From assembly GCF_044647545.1 (NCBI RefSeq), contig NZ_CP172818.1: a stretch of DNA of 64,000 nt; one strand, given 5' to 3'. Origin of the DNA: Escherichia coli. GTDB lineage: Bacteria > Pseudomonadota > Gammaproteobacteria > Enterobacterales > Enterobacteriaceae. Below, piece by piece: positions 21,156 to 31,573 of this stretch. Positions within the stretch are counted from its first letter, which is position 1, and each line of letters starts with the position of its first letter. A program made the translations under genes and the position numbers. The notes below the pieces were generated by a model, which made no database searches, had not been told where the DNA came from, and worked only from the letters and a program-made list of their open reading frames with translations.

Positions 21156-22654
21156 CAGAAACGCTCCAGTTCAGGAAAAGGTAAATGACCGTGATGCACA
21201 TGCATGGCACCAAATTCAGCACAGCGGTGTAGCGTGGGAATGTTTTTCCCAGGGTTCAGCAAACCATCGGGGTCAAACGCCGCCTTGACCGCATGGAAGG
21301 TCGTGATTTCATCGCTGTTGAACTGGGCGCACATTTGATTGATTTTTTCTCGCCCGATGCCATGTTCGCCACTGATGCTGCCGCCAACTTCAACGCAGAG
21401 TTCGAGGATCTTCCCGCCCAGCTCTTCCGCGCGGGCAAATTCACCGGGTTCGTTGGCATCGAAAAGGATTAACGGGTGCATGTTGCCATCTCCGGCATGA
21501 AAGACGTTGGCAACACGTAAATCATATTGCTGCGATAAACGGGCAATGCCTTCCAGTACGCCAGGCAGGGCGCGACGCGGGATGGTGCCATCCATGCAGT
21601 AGTAATCCGGGGAGATACGTCCTACCGCCGGGAACGCATTTTTGCGACCGGCCCAGAAACGTACGCGCTCTGCTTCGTCCTGTGCCAGACGGACGTCAGT
21701 CGCGCCCGCTTTCAACAAGATGTCGTTAACCCGCTCGCAGTCTTCCTGTACGTCAGACTCCACGCCGTCCAGCTCGCATAACAAAATCGCTTCGGCGTCG
21801 ACGGGATAACCGGCATGAATAAAATCTTCCGCCGCGCGGATCGACAGGTTATCCATCATCTCCAGCCCGCCGGGGATAATGCCATTGGCGATGATGTCAC
21901 CAACCGCAAGTCCGGCTTTTTCTACCGAGTCAAAGCTGGCTAACAGAACCCGCGCCACGGGCGGCTTCGGCAGCAGTTTTACCGTCACTTCGGTGGTCAC
22001 GCCGAGCATACCTTCCGATCCGGTGAACAGCGCCAGCAGGTCAAAACCAGGTGAATCCAGCGCGTCCGATCCAAGCGTCAGTGCCTCGCCGTCCAGCGTT
22101 TGCACTTCAATTTTCAGCAGGTTATGTACGGTCAGACCATATTTCAGGCAGTGGACGCCGCCGGCATTTTCAGCCACATTGCCGCCAATGGAACAGGCGA
22201 TTTGTGAGGAAGGGTCCGGTGCGTAGTAGAGATTATGCGGTGCAACGGCCTGGGAGATCGCCAGGTTACGCACGCCTGGCTGCACGCGCGCGCGGCGACC
22301 AACGGGGTTAATGTCGAGGATCTCTTTAAAGCGCGCCATCACCAACAACACACCTTTTTCCAGCGGCAGCGCGCCACCAGAAAGCCCGGTGCCTGCACCA
22401 CGGGTCACCACCGGTACACGCAGGCGATGGCAGACAGCCAGAATCGCTGTCACCTGTTCCATTTGCTTAGGCAGAACAACCAGTAATGGACGCGTGCGAT
22501 ACGCGCTCAACCCGTCACACTCGTAAGGAATGATCTCCTCATCGGTATGCAGGATCTCAAGTCCAGGGACATGCTCACGCAGTGCCATCAGTACCGATGT
22601 GCGGTCGACATCGGGTAAAGCGCCATCAAGACGCTCTTCGTACAAGATGCTCAT
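21155..22654 (-). CDS. glcD: Glycolate oxidase subunit GlcD (FAD-linked oxidase), 499 aa
   Basis: ORF track 499 aa beginning MSILYEERLDGALPDVDRT... Confidence 0.95.
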   Translation of the reverse strand: MSILYEERLDGALPDVDRTSVLMALREHVPGLEILHTDEEIIPYECDGLSAYRTRPLLVVLPKQMEQVTAILAVCHRLRVPVVTRGAGTGLSGGALPLEKGVLLVMARFKEILDINPVGRRARVQPGVRNLAISQAVAPHNLYYAPDPSSQIACSIGGNVAENAGGVHCLKYGLTVHNLLKIEVQTLDGEALTLGSDALDSPGFDLLALFTGSEGMLGVTTEVTVKLLPKPPVARVLLASFDSVEKAGLAVGDIIANGIIPGGLEMMDNLSIRAAEDFIHAGYPVDAEAILLCELDGVESDVQEDCERVNDILLKAGATDVRLAQDEAERVRFWAGRKNAFPAVGRISPDYYCMDGTIPRRALPGVLEGIARLSQQYDLRVANVFHAGDGNMHPLILFDANEPGEFARAEELGGKILELCVEVGGSISGEHGIGREKINQMCAQFNSDEITTFHAVKAAFDPDGLLNPGKNIPTLHRCAEFGAMHVHHGHLPFPELERF

Positions 22655-22904
22655 GAGTAGGCTTCGCTTTGTTGTGTTGTGTGGCAGCTGATTTTTGCGC
22701 GCTGCTTCTGTGAACAGTTATTAAGCGGGCTTTTCGTTTTCGTCTATCTCTTTAGCTACCGGTCAGACCATTTTTTTTCCAGCTCTGTGACCTTGTCTTG
22801 GTTAACTCAATGTTAAATTGATGTAACATAATCACTTACGTGATGTGCGTGTTTTGCGAGTTAAGAACAGAAAAATTGGTCCTACCTGTGCACGAGGTCC
22901 GGGA
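22655..22904. promoter_or_regulatory. Divergent glcC / glcDEFGBA promoter-operator region
   Basis: 250-bp intergenic region between divergently transcribed glcD and glcC; established site of GlcC-dependent activation; individual sites not resolved here. Confidence 0.5.
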
Positions 22905-23669
22905 ATGAAAGATGAACGTCGCCCTATTTGCGAAGTGGTTGCAGAGAGTATCGAACGGTTAATTATCGACGGCGTACTGAAGGTCGGTCAGCCGCTTCCC
23001 TCGGAACGTCGACTGTGTGAAAAGCTCGGCTTCTCACGCTCCGCACTGCGTGAAGGGCTGACCGTGCTGCGCGGGCGCGGGATTATTGAAACGGCGCAGG
23101 GTCGCGATTCTCGTGTCGCACGGCTTAATCGGGTGCAGGACACCAGCCCGCTGATCCATCTGTTCAGTACGCAGCCGCGAACGCTGTACGATCTGCTCGA
23201 CGTTCGCGCATTACTGGAGGGCGAATCGGCAAGGCTGGCGGCAACGCTGGGAACGCAGGCTGATTTTGTTGTGATAACCCGCTGTTATGAAAAAATGCTC
23301 GCCGCCAGTGAGAACAACAAAGAGATTTCGCTGATCGAACATGCGCAGTTGGATCACGCTTTCCATCTCGCCATTTGTCAGGCTTCTCACAATCAGGTGC
23401 TGGTGTTTACGCTGCAATCATTGACCGATCTGATGTTTAATTCAGTGTTTGCCAGCGTAAATAATCTCTACCATCGACCACAGCAAAAAAAGCAGATCGA
23501 TCGCCAGCATGCGCGGATCTACAACGCGGTGTTGCAGCGGCTGCCGCACGTCGCCCAGCGCGCAGCACGCGATCATGTGCGGACCGTGAAAAAGAATCTC
23601 CACGATATCGAGCTGGAAGGCCACCATTTGATTCGCTCGGCGGTGCCGCTGGAGATGAACCTGAGTTAG
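22905..23669 (+). CDS. glcC: GntR/FadR-family transcriptional activator of the glc operon, 254 aa
   Basis: ORF track 22845..23669; native start at the Met giving MKDERRPICEVVAESIERL... with N-terminal winged-helix region. Confidence 0.93.
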   Translation: MKDERRPICEVVAESIERLIIDGVLKVGQPLPSERRLCEKLGFSRSALREGLTVLRGRGIIETAQGRDSRVARLNRVQDTSPLIHLFSTQPRTLYDLLDVRALLEGESARLAATLGTQADFVVITRCYEKMLAASENNKEISLIEHAQLDHAFHLAICQASHNQVLVFTLQSLTDLMFNSVFASVNNLYHRPQQKKQIDRQHARIYNAVLQRLPHVAQRAARDHVRTVKKNLHDIELEGHHLIRSAVPLEMNLS

Positions 23670-23675
23670 CTGGTA

Positions 23676-24950
23676 TTAAATCTGCTTTTCATACAATCGG
23701 TAACGCTTGTACGGCTCCGCCCCAATGCGTTCCAGCATGTTATTCATGCCTGTATTGGTTTCGAGGATCCATGACATCTCCAGCGCATCGATCTTCCGGC
23801 GGGCAAACGGATCGCGTAAGGCTTCAATCAATAACAGCGCAATCACCGGGCCGATGCGGCTGAACTGATACTCGTCGCGCACGCCCATCAGCGGTACTCG
23901 CGCAGTTCGCACACCGCTGACTTTCAAACGCCACAGCAATTTTGCCCAGCCGAAGGGAAAGAGCGATCCGTTCAGATCGGCAATCGCCTCGTTGATGTTC
24001 GGCAAGCCGACAATAAACGCGCAGGGTGCAGAATCAATCTCAGCGATATAGATCATATCGTCCGGCACCAGATATTTAAGTTGATCGCCCATGGTCGCGA
24101 ATTCATGTTCGGTAAACGGCACAAATCCCCAGTTGTGCTGCCAGCCAGAGTTGAAAATCTCACGCAGGATCTGCATCTCTTCGGCAAACCGCTGACGATT
24201 GATGCAGCGAATGGTCACCTTTTTGCGCACCTGATCCATCAGTTTTTTTAGCGCCGGAGAGAAAGTGAGATCGGTTCGCTGCATCCACCACGCCAGTAAA
24301 TCAATGCCTTTGTGATAACCCAGTTGTTCAATATGCGCGGCATACCACGGTTTGCCGTGTGGCATCATCGCACAGGGTGGTGTGTCAAAACCTTCAATCA
24401 GTAATCCGCTTTCCTGATTGATATTCAGGCTGAAAGGACCGCTGATCTTACTTGCACCTTGTGACTTCAACCACGCTTCCGCTGCGCCAAACAACGCGGC
24501 AAAAACCTGCGGATCATCAATGGCGTCAATCATGCCGAAATGACCGGTATCTTTGCCGTAACGCTCGCGGTGCAAGGTATCTATTTGCGCGGTAATACGC
24601 CCAACTATCTGCCCCGCTTTTTTTGCCACCCACGCCTGCCAGATGATATGGTCCGTCCCCGGATTTTTCGCAGACAAATGCTCGTTGCGTTCAATGAATA
24701 AAGGGGGTATCCAGTTTGGATCGTCGGGATAAAGTGATGACGGAAAAGCGATAAATGCCTTAAGGTCATTTTTATTAAAGACGTCGCGAAACTGAAGACA
24801 ACCGGAAATTAACTTAAAACACTCCGAACGAATTTTATAATAAAAAACGATCGCGTCATACCGAAACAATACGATTCGTAAGTTTTTTTCCATATCCTTA
24901 TCGCGTCCCTCATTCAATCGTTTTAAGCCAGGATCCCTGGTTAACGGCAA
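23676..24950 (-). CDS. yghO: YghO (GNAT-like acyltransferase fold protein); 5' end uncertain
   Basis: 424-aa ORF convergent with glcC; its start abuts the anomalous block; I recall yghO being a pseudogene interrupted by IS5 in K-12, and no IS5 is present here. Confidence 0.7.
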   Translation of the reverse strand: MPLTRDPGLKRLNEGRDKDMEKNLRIVLFRYDAIVFYYKIRSECFKLISGCLQFRDVFNKNDLKAFIAFPSSLYPDDPNWIPPLFIERNEHLSAKNPGTDHIIWQAWVAKKAGQIVGRITAQIDTLHRERYGKDTGHFGMIDAIDDPQVFAALFGAAEAWLKSQGASKISGPFSLNINQESGLLIEGFDTPPCAMMPHGKPWYAAHIEQLGYHKGIDLLAWWMQRTDLTFSPALKKLMDQVRKKVTIRCINRQRFAEEMQILREIFNSGWQHNWGFVPFTEHEFATMGDQLKYLVPDDMIYIAEIDSAPCAFIVGLPNINEAIADLNGSLFPFGWAKLLWRLKVSGVRTARVPLMGVRDEYQFSRIGPVIALLLIEALRDPFARRKIDALEMSWILETNTGMNNMLERIGAEPYKRYRLYEKQI

Positions 24951-24989
24951 TACGAACGATTCCTCACGTCCATTCGAACGATATCCCTA

Positions 24990-25500
24990 CCTCCATACAC
25001 CTCCCACACCCTTTCCGGCTCATTATCACCCACCGAAGAGGCTAATCACGTCTATAACACGACGGCATTAAATTACCCGCGACCGCATCGCTCCTCTACC
25101 ATGAAGGGACGGTCGGCTTGACCCCCCCACGCACCATAGATTACGCACCAATCACTCCCCAAGCTTAAAGACATAAAAACCGGCACCTCCCCCGCCCATG
25201 AATTTCCACGCCCTGAATGAAAGAAATCCCTGAACTGGATCTTTCTCTGCGCGTCGCGGTATTTCAGAACCCATCTCCAGAACAGACTCTATCAATTTGC
25301 CATGCCCCACATTAACTATGATCATTCAACCCACGCATACAACGAATACATTTTAACCACCCTTTTAACATACCAACCGATTCCTCCACTCCACCGAAAA
25401 TTATACGCCTACCTCCATACACCCCCACACCGTTTCCCGTCATTACACCCACCGAACACCGAACACTCTATAACACACGCATTAAATACCCCCGACCCCT
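24990..25500. repeat. C/A-rich non-coding segment with two imperfect ~100-bp direct repeats (about 24990-25090 and 25408-25500)
   Basis: CTACCTCCATACACC..CCCACACC..TTTCC..TCATTA.CACCCACCGAA...TCTATAACAC..CATTAAAT..ACCC occurs twice at roughly 80 percent identity by eye; no ORF support. Confidence 0.4.
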
Positions 25501-26024
25501 CTCCCCTTTCACCAATAATTCGGCTTTCTCCTGACCCCCCCACCACATAATTACATAATTTACTCCAATTAAAATCATAAAAAATCCGGCATTTCTCCTC
25601 TATGAATCCACTAATAAAAAATCTAATGGATCTCCCCTTACAAACACCCAAACAACCATCAATAATTTATTAAACAAACTCAACACAAAAATTCACTTTT
25701 ATGAACTCTTAACGAATATCCACACCAAACAGTAAACCCCTCAAACACGCCTATCGATTTTCCGTCAAGTAAAACTTTTGAACAGATTGAAAATCCGCAG
25801 TGAAGCATATCCGGCGCGGCGGAATTTAGTGCAGATGCTTCATCACTCCTCTCAACCTTTAACGAAATCCAATCTCAAATCAGTAAACCTCCCCGGTCAA
25901 AACGCCTATCACTTCTCAACTGCGGCAAAGCTGGAAATTATTAAATCCAGCACTGTGAGCGGTGTATGCCTTGGCGGAACAGTTTCGGTAAGCCACCTCA
26001 TCTCCGGTCCGTCTATGACTTACT

Positions 26025-26426
26025 TTGGCGACCAGTTCGCAAGCAATTGCCGCGACGGGCTGGTTAGACACCGGCGACCTCGGTTATCTGCTGGACGGTT
26101 ATCTGTATGTCACCGGACGCATTAAAGATCTGATTATTATTCGTGGCCGTAATATCTGGCCGCAGGATATTGAATATATAGCGGAACAGGAACCGGAAAT
26201 TCATTCTGGCGATGCGATTGCTTTTGTTACCGCCCAGGAAAAAATCATTTTGCAGATCCAGTGTCGGATCAGCGACGAAGAACGTCGCGGGCAGGTTTCC
26301 CACCCCGCACGCGGCCAAAATGAAAATGGAGTTACCCCTGCTAGCGATTTTCGATCTCTCCACACCACACCCTTTTACGGCCCCTCCAACCCCACCCGTG
26401 CGCAAGCGGAAACACGTAAACATTAG
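26025..26426 (+). pseudogene. Fragment of a fatty acyl-AMP ligase / adenylate-forming enzyme (C-terminal subdomain only)
   Basis: ORF translation contains WLDTGDLGYLLDGYLYVTGRIKDLIIIRGRNIWPQDIEYIAEQEPEI, matching the conserved TGDLG...TGRxKDLIIxRGxNxYPQDIE motif of FAAL/acyl-CoA synthetases; the N-terminal ~450 aa of such enzymes is absent. Confidence 0.55.
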
Positions 26427-26558
26427 CGTAGGCTTCTAGTCTCAATGTTCATGAACCCCAATCATTAATCAAACTGACACTGTGACGGTGGCGAGCGGTA
26501 CTAGCTTTAAAGGTATTAATATTATAACCTGCTCGCCCGCGGCTTTCACGTTCGCGCA

Positions 26559-26840
26559 TTGACGCGTACTGCCCGCGCTCACGTCAATGATAATCTCCCC
26601 TCGGTGGGGGGTTGGCTGCAGGATACTCATTCACTTAGCGAGCTGGTTGCCGGAGCCAGCGTAGTGGTCCATTGCGCCGGGCAAGTGCGCGGGACAAGCA
26701 CCACGCTAATCGACCAGTCTAACCTTACCAAGCACCAAAGAGAGCTGCTAGCGCCAACGGTGTCCGTTTTTTTCTACCCTTTTCTCTTTCTATCTTCAGT
26801 TCCCCCGTACCCAAACGCGCTATACTGCTCTGAGCAATGA
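26559..26840 (+). pseudogene. Possible NAD(P)-binding (SDR/epimerase-like) fragment
   Basis: Short ORF with ...LVAGASVVVHCAGQVRG... resembling a Rossmann-fold motif; weak. Confidence 0.2.
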
Positions 26841-27764
26841 CAATCAGTAATGGCGGACCAAATGACGCTGGTGGTGGACCACCTTACAGTCGGCGTTTTT
26901 CCCGCGAAAAAAGTGTTTAAACCCCGCGTTGACGGGATGAAACCCCTCTTTCTGTGACTACTTGGCGCCCTACAGACACAGCTTTCTTTGCCGGATATCA
27001 CCCTTTTTTTTCAGCAGGTGACCAATTAAGCCGGAGAAGCGCCTCAATGATACAGACGCAAAAATACAAGCAAACCTATGAATTATGCGATGGCGTCGCC
27101 GGCGGCTATGACTGGCAACGCGTACAGCAACTTGCCGCCGACGCCCGTTGCGGTTCCCTGGATGGTGTTCATTGCCGGTACTCACCGGCCTTGCGGATAT
27201 CAGTACCGCGTTGAGTCGCCTGGCAGGTAAAGAACCTATGCTCTACCCGTCGAAAATTCGTGAATTAACCCACGCTACCTTTCGTCAACTTCTAACCCTG
27301 TTGTTGAAGATAGTTAGCCTGGTCCCCGGATTACCCAGCAAGACGTATTACTTAACTTGTTTTTTGGTCTGTCACGTTTATATGTTTAATAATGTAATAA
27401 TAATAAATTGTAAAATTTCCTTTTTACAGGATTTTGTCGATATAGTGTAGTTATTCCGAAAGAGGGGGATCTCGTAAGCGCTATAGCCATTGCGTCGATG
27501 AACGTGCTGGGACTCTTTCTAATGGTTGGAGCCCGTAACGATGTTTCCATACCGATTCATATTTTGATGGCTATTAATACCCCTGCGGATGTCATAACCA
27601 CTGTGCTATCATGGGTGGCGCTTCTATCATGGGGCTATAAGGTAGATGTGCGCGACTAGCTAGAGGGCGACTGCGCTTTCGAGCCACCGCATTTTAGCCA
27701 TTACGGGTTACTCACCTGTTTATGATGTTTATTTCCGCCACCGAAGGCCGGATCGGCAATAAAA

Positions 27765-28259
27765 ATGATATCTGGCCGGGACCGATTTTTCGGTTTTGTA
27801 ACCTTTAATCATGATGCCATAGGCGAAGGTCAGGCCGCGTTAGCGGCCCAAGGTACCGGCACCACCGGTTCTCGTATGGCAAACGGCAGTTATGCGCCGC
27901 ACCTGGCGTTAGAGAAAGAGATTGCCGAGTTTTTCAATCGCCCTACCGCTATCGTTTTTTCAACCGGTTATACCGCTAATTTAGGCGTCATCAGCGCACT
28001 TGCCGACCATAACGCCGTGGTGTTACTGGATGCCGACAGCCACGCCAGTATTTATGACGCCTGTTCTCTCGGTGGCGCGGAAATTATTCGTTTCCGCCAT
28101 AACGATGCTAAAGATCTGGAACGGCGGATGGTTCGCCCCGGTGAACGGGCGAAAGAGGCGATTATCATCGTTGAGGGTATCTACAGCATGCTCGGTGACG
28201 TTGCGCCGTTAGCGGAAATTGTTGATAAACATCTGCGTGTGGGTGATTTTTGTTTCTAG
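27765..28259 (+). pseudogene. Fragment of an alpha-oxoamine synthase (BioF/KBL/serine palmitoyltransferase family, PLP-dependent)
   Basis: ORF translation GSRMANGSYAPHLALEKEIAEFFNRPTAIVFSTGYTANLGVISALADHNAVVLLDADSHASIYDACSLGGAEIIRFRHNDAKDLERRM...IIIVEGIYSMLGDVAPLAEIV matches the conserved N-terminal/middle part of AOS enzymes; the region with the catalytic lysine is missing. Confidence 0.6.
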
Positions 28260-28423
28260 TAAGGCCCTTTGGTTTGCGTTGTAGGCGGAAAGGGGGGGCG
28301 AACTGCTTAAACTTGTCGGGGTTGAGGTTATTGTGATTTTTATCGTCGGCACCTTCAGTAAGTCTCTCCCCTAGTTTCGCTTTTTTTGTCTGGTTTCGAA
28401 AGAGGTAAAAGTGGTGCGATGCC

Positions 28424-28468
28424 ACCCCCCCCCATATTTTTTTCCCCCCTCTCTTTCCCCCCCCTCGA
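28424..28468. repeat. Homopolymer-rich low-complexity tract (poly-C, poly-T)
   Basis: GCCACCCCCCCCCATATTTTTTTTCCCCCCTCTCTTTCCCCCCCC; atypical for E. coli. Confidence 0.6.
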
Positions 28469-28918
28469 CGCGCCCGTGCCGTTAACAATGAGCGCCATAC
28501 CACCAGAGCCGGGGCAAAAGCTGATGGAGAAGGATAATCACCTGTATCACTGTGTCGATATACAAGGATTGGATTTTAGGTTACATATAAGTATTAGAGT
28601 GCTGGTAATAATCATAATCAAATAGGACGGGGTACGTATCCGGCTCTAGCGTGTGTTTCTTTCGTTGATCTTTTATGTGCATCTTATCCTCCCCCCTGCC
28701 GGGCATCACGCCGTCGCGCTGTACCCTAAAGCGTGCACACTGCTGAGAGTAGACAAATCGATGCCATCATTCAGGCATTTGCTACTCTGAAGCAGTAATG
28801 TGAGCCCGCCGTGGTGTTGCGCCACGGCGGGTTTAATGTGTTGTGTGATATCACTTACACCAGGCTCAACGCCACCAGCACAAACGCTATCGGTAAACCG
28901 AGCGCGGTAACAGGTGCG

Positions 28919-29997
28919 TCACGCAAATAGCAATCCCAGATTGACCATGATTTGATAGCTGATCCAGGTGAGTAAGCCAACGATGACACCTACAGCGAGA
29001 CGGCTACCCATCCCTCGGGAGCGCGGGGCGCTAAAAATAAACTGGACAGCCAGGAAAAATAACCCCAGGGGTAGGAATGGTTTCCCCAGTTTTTCCAACA
29101 TGGCAAGGCGTTATCCGTGGTGGGTTGCCCCGTTTCCTGGCAATTATGGGAGTTATGGATTAAGTGGAGGGACGGAAAATATATTCCCCCGTCGTTATAA
29201 CTTTTCAATTTTTATACGTGTAAAGCGCTTGCCCGGGGCAATTTTATGATATTTTCCGAGTGTTTTTGCGCCTCTCCCCTATTTTTTCTTTCACTATTAC
29301 ACCATGCAGGATCCACGTTTTGTCGTCTTCAATGGTGGCACTGCGTGCATAAATGTAGGATTCGAGCGAAAGATTACCACGAGATTGTAATATCTCTCCG
29401 CCCACAGGGGCTCCCCGTGCTTGTTGCGCGTTTACCGCGACAAATTTTCTACCCCGCCCCTCCCACAGCGCATTTTGGGGGTAGTGACCTCCTCCCCCCC
29501 ACGGCGCTGGCAGTCGATTTGATTTGCAGCGCCTGTTGCTGCAATGGCGACGCCACCCACTCATCTATCGCGCCTAACGAAACAGTCCACAATATCCCGG
29601 CAACCAGCGCCACCAGTGCAATACGGAAGATAGAAAACCCAGTGCTGCGAATGGCGGTAAGCTCACTGTTTTTCGATAACTGCCCCAGGCCAACAATCCC
29701 TCCCAATAATGCGATAAACGGCGAAAGTTCGACCAGTGTACGCGGTAAGGTCATCAGCACCACCAGCACCGCCTGAGTCCAGCGATAACCGCCCGGGCTG
29801 ACATCATCCAGTTCGTTAATCAGGTTGAAGGTGGTAAAAAGCGGCAGCAATAGCCCTGCGGCGGCGGCAAAACCGAGAAAGAGATGACGGATTAAATAGC
29901 GACTGAAAACGTTCTTCGGGAAAATTTCTGGAGCAAAGAGAAGTCGCGTGCGACCAGCATCAGCAGGCCCATTAGCATGAGTCCGGGTACTAACCAC
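28919..29997 (-). pseudogene. LptF/LptG-family (YjgP/YjgQ) permease homolog, fragmented (N-terminal and C-terminal pieces in different frames)
   Basis: ORF 29449..29997 has FSRYLIRHLFLGF...LPRTLVELSPFIALLGGIVGLGQLSKNSELTAIRSTGFS, an LptG-like N-terminus; ORF 28919..29101 resembles the C-terminal TM segments; frames are broken. Confidence 0.45.
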
Positions 29998-30981
29998 AAA
30001 CCAGGAAGGATGGGGACGCGTTTGCGCCCGTTAGCGCACTCGGCAGACGTCGCCGCCATAAAAAATGGCAATAAACAGCAACGTCAGTGGCAATAACGTT
30101 GTAAAATCGCCCTTGCCGCGGTTTTACCCGACTTAATGAAATGGCCAGCAGCGCCATCAACAATGCGGTCAGGCCACGGCTTTGTCGCCATTGCAGTTCG
30201 GCATGATCGGCAGGAAAGGCGGAGCGCGCCAGCTCCGTGACCGATTTTGCTTTGCGTTTGACGTTAGGGCTTTGATCCAGCGGATTCAGATGTAATTGCA
30301 GATTACGGTAGATCTGTTCGTTGTCGTCACGCCCCTGATGATCGAGAAGATAGGCGGTGCCATTCAACAAAATGATCGTTGGTTAGTTGAGTGGTCAACC
30401 ACACCAATCGAACGGACGCGGGAAAAACGTGTGCGATCGGTAGGAGAAGGATAAATCAGTGCGTGAGTCAGTCGAGCATTTATTTTATTAACCGACCGTC
30501 AAAGGAACATTCGTTCGTTAGTTTTCGTTTGTATTTTATTTCTTCCCCAACAAGTGGAGATCCACCAGCTACGGCTACGGCTGTTCCAGCCGATAAAAAT
30601 TCTGAGAATCCCACGGCCGACGATCCAACGACGGAAGGGGGATAAAAATACTTATTGGTATTATCAGAAAATGAAGGGCGGCTTTCAACCGTCGCCCAGG
30701 GCCCCCCCCGAGAGAGAGCTGGAGGTTATTAGCGGGTAGATATCCGTCCGACCGAGAGTCCAACCGACAGATACATACCGACAGGCAAGTACATCCCCAT
30801 CGCGAGCAGTACGCTGTATGTAACGATCGCTATCCCGAACATCAAGAGCTAAGGTCCCATTTGCCGCTTCGGTCAGATAACGCTGTGCGGAGTAGCTGGC
30901 GAAAATAAAGATCAGAAAACCGACGATAATCAGCACCAGACGGCGCGTACCACGCATGATGTAGTGTTCAACCAGCTTCAT
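29990..30981 (-). pseudogene. Second LptF/LptG-family permease homolog, fragmented (tandem with the downstream copy)
   Basis: ORF 30685..30981 starts MKLVEHYIMRGTRRLVLIIVGFLIFIF (LptF-like N-terminus); ORF 29990..30370 has AELQWRQSRGLTALLMALLAISLSRVKPRQGRF matching the conserved NPRQGR region; frames are broken. Confidence 0.45.
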
Positions 30982-31011
30982 CTCACTAACACCCTCAATC
31001 CTTTGAATTTT

Positions 31012-31573
31012 TTATTCATTGATCAGTTTCTGCGCCAGCGCAATGACATGATCTACCTCTTCCGGCGTCAGGCTGCCGTCCTTTGCCCACTGAATTTGCC
31101 CGTCTTTATTCAGCACCAGAATGGTTGAACTCTGCTCCGGCAACCGCCAGGCAACGCGTCCCAGTCCATTGCCGTCAATAACGAATTGCGCCCACGGATA
31201 GCGGCGTTTATTTTTTTCGATTTTGCCAACGACAAAATAGCCAGTACCAAAGATGGCATCATCGGTGTTCACAATGGTGGTGGGCTGAAAACGATCCTGC
31301 GGAAAGTTTGCCGCTTCAACCGCTTTAATTAACAGTGGCTTTTTTTTTTTCGCGGCCACTCACCCGGCGCTATATTCGGTATAACGCGGTTTTCCCCCGC
31401 GATGTGTGCTGTTCCCCACTTTGTGGTGTGTATTGTCGTCGCTCTATTCAGAAGGATCGCCCCGTTCCTGGGTATTAAACGGGGGTAACCGTTTTGCCAG
31501 TGACAAAATTGTGTGCCTGCACACCCTGGGCTAAGAGCATGATAATCAGCGCAATAATCAAACGAGATGACAT
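31012..31573 (-). pseudogene. YtfJ-family periplasmic protein homolog, frameshifted near a poly-T/poly-A tract
   Basis: C-terminal ORF 31012..31359 has ...TTIVNTDDAIFGTGYFV...YPWAQFVIDGNGL...LVLNKDGQIQWAKDGSLTPEEV matching E. coli YtfJ as I recall it; a signal-peptide-like N-terminus MSSRLIIALIIMLLAQGVQAHNF begins at 31573 in another frame; total span fits a ~185-aa protein. Confidence 0.55.

Noticed and set aside
24951-26200. IS5 (insH) expected at the yghO-yghQ junction as I recall for K-12
   Set aside because: No IS5 terminal inverted repeat (GGAAGGTGCGAA...) or transposase-like ORF seen; the element is absent from this window
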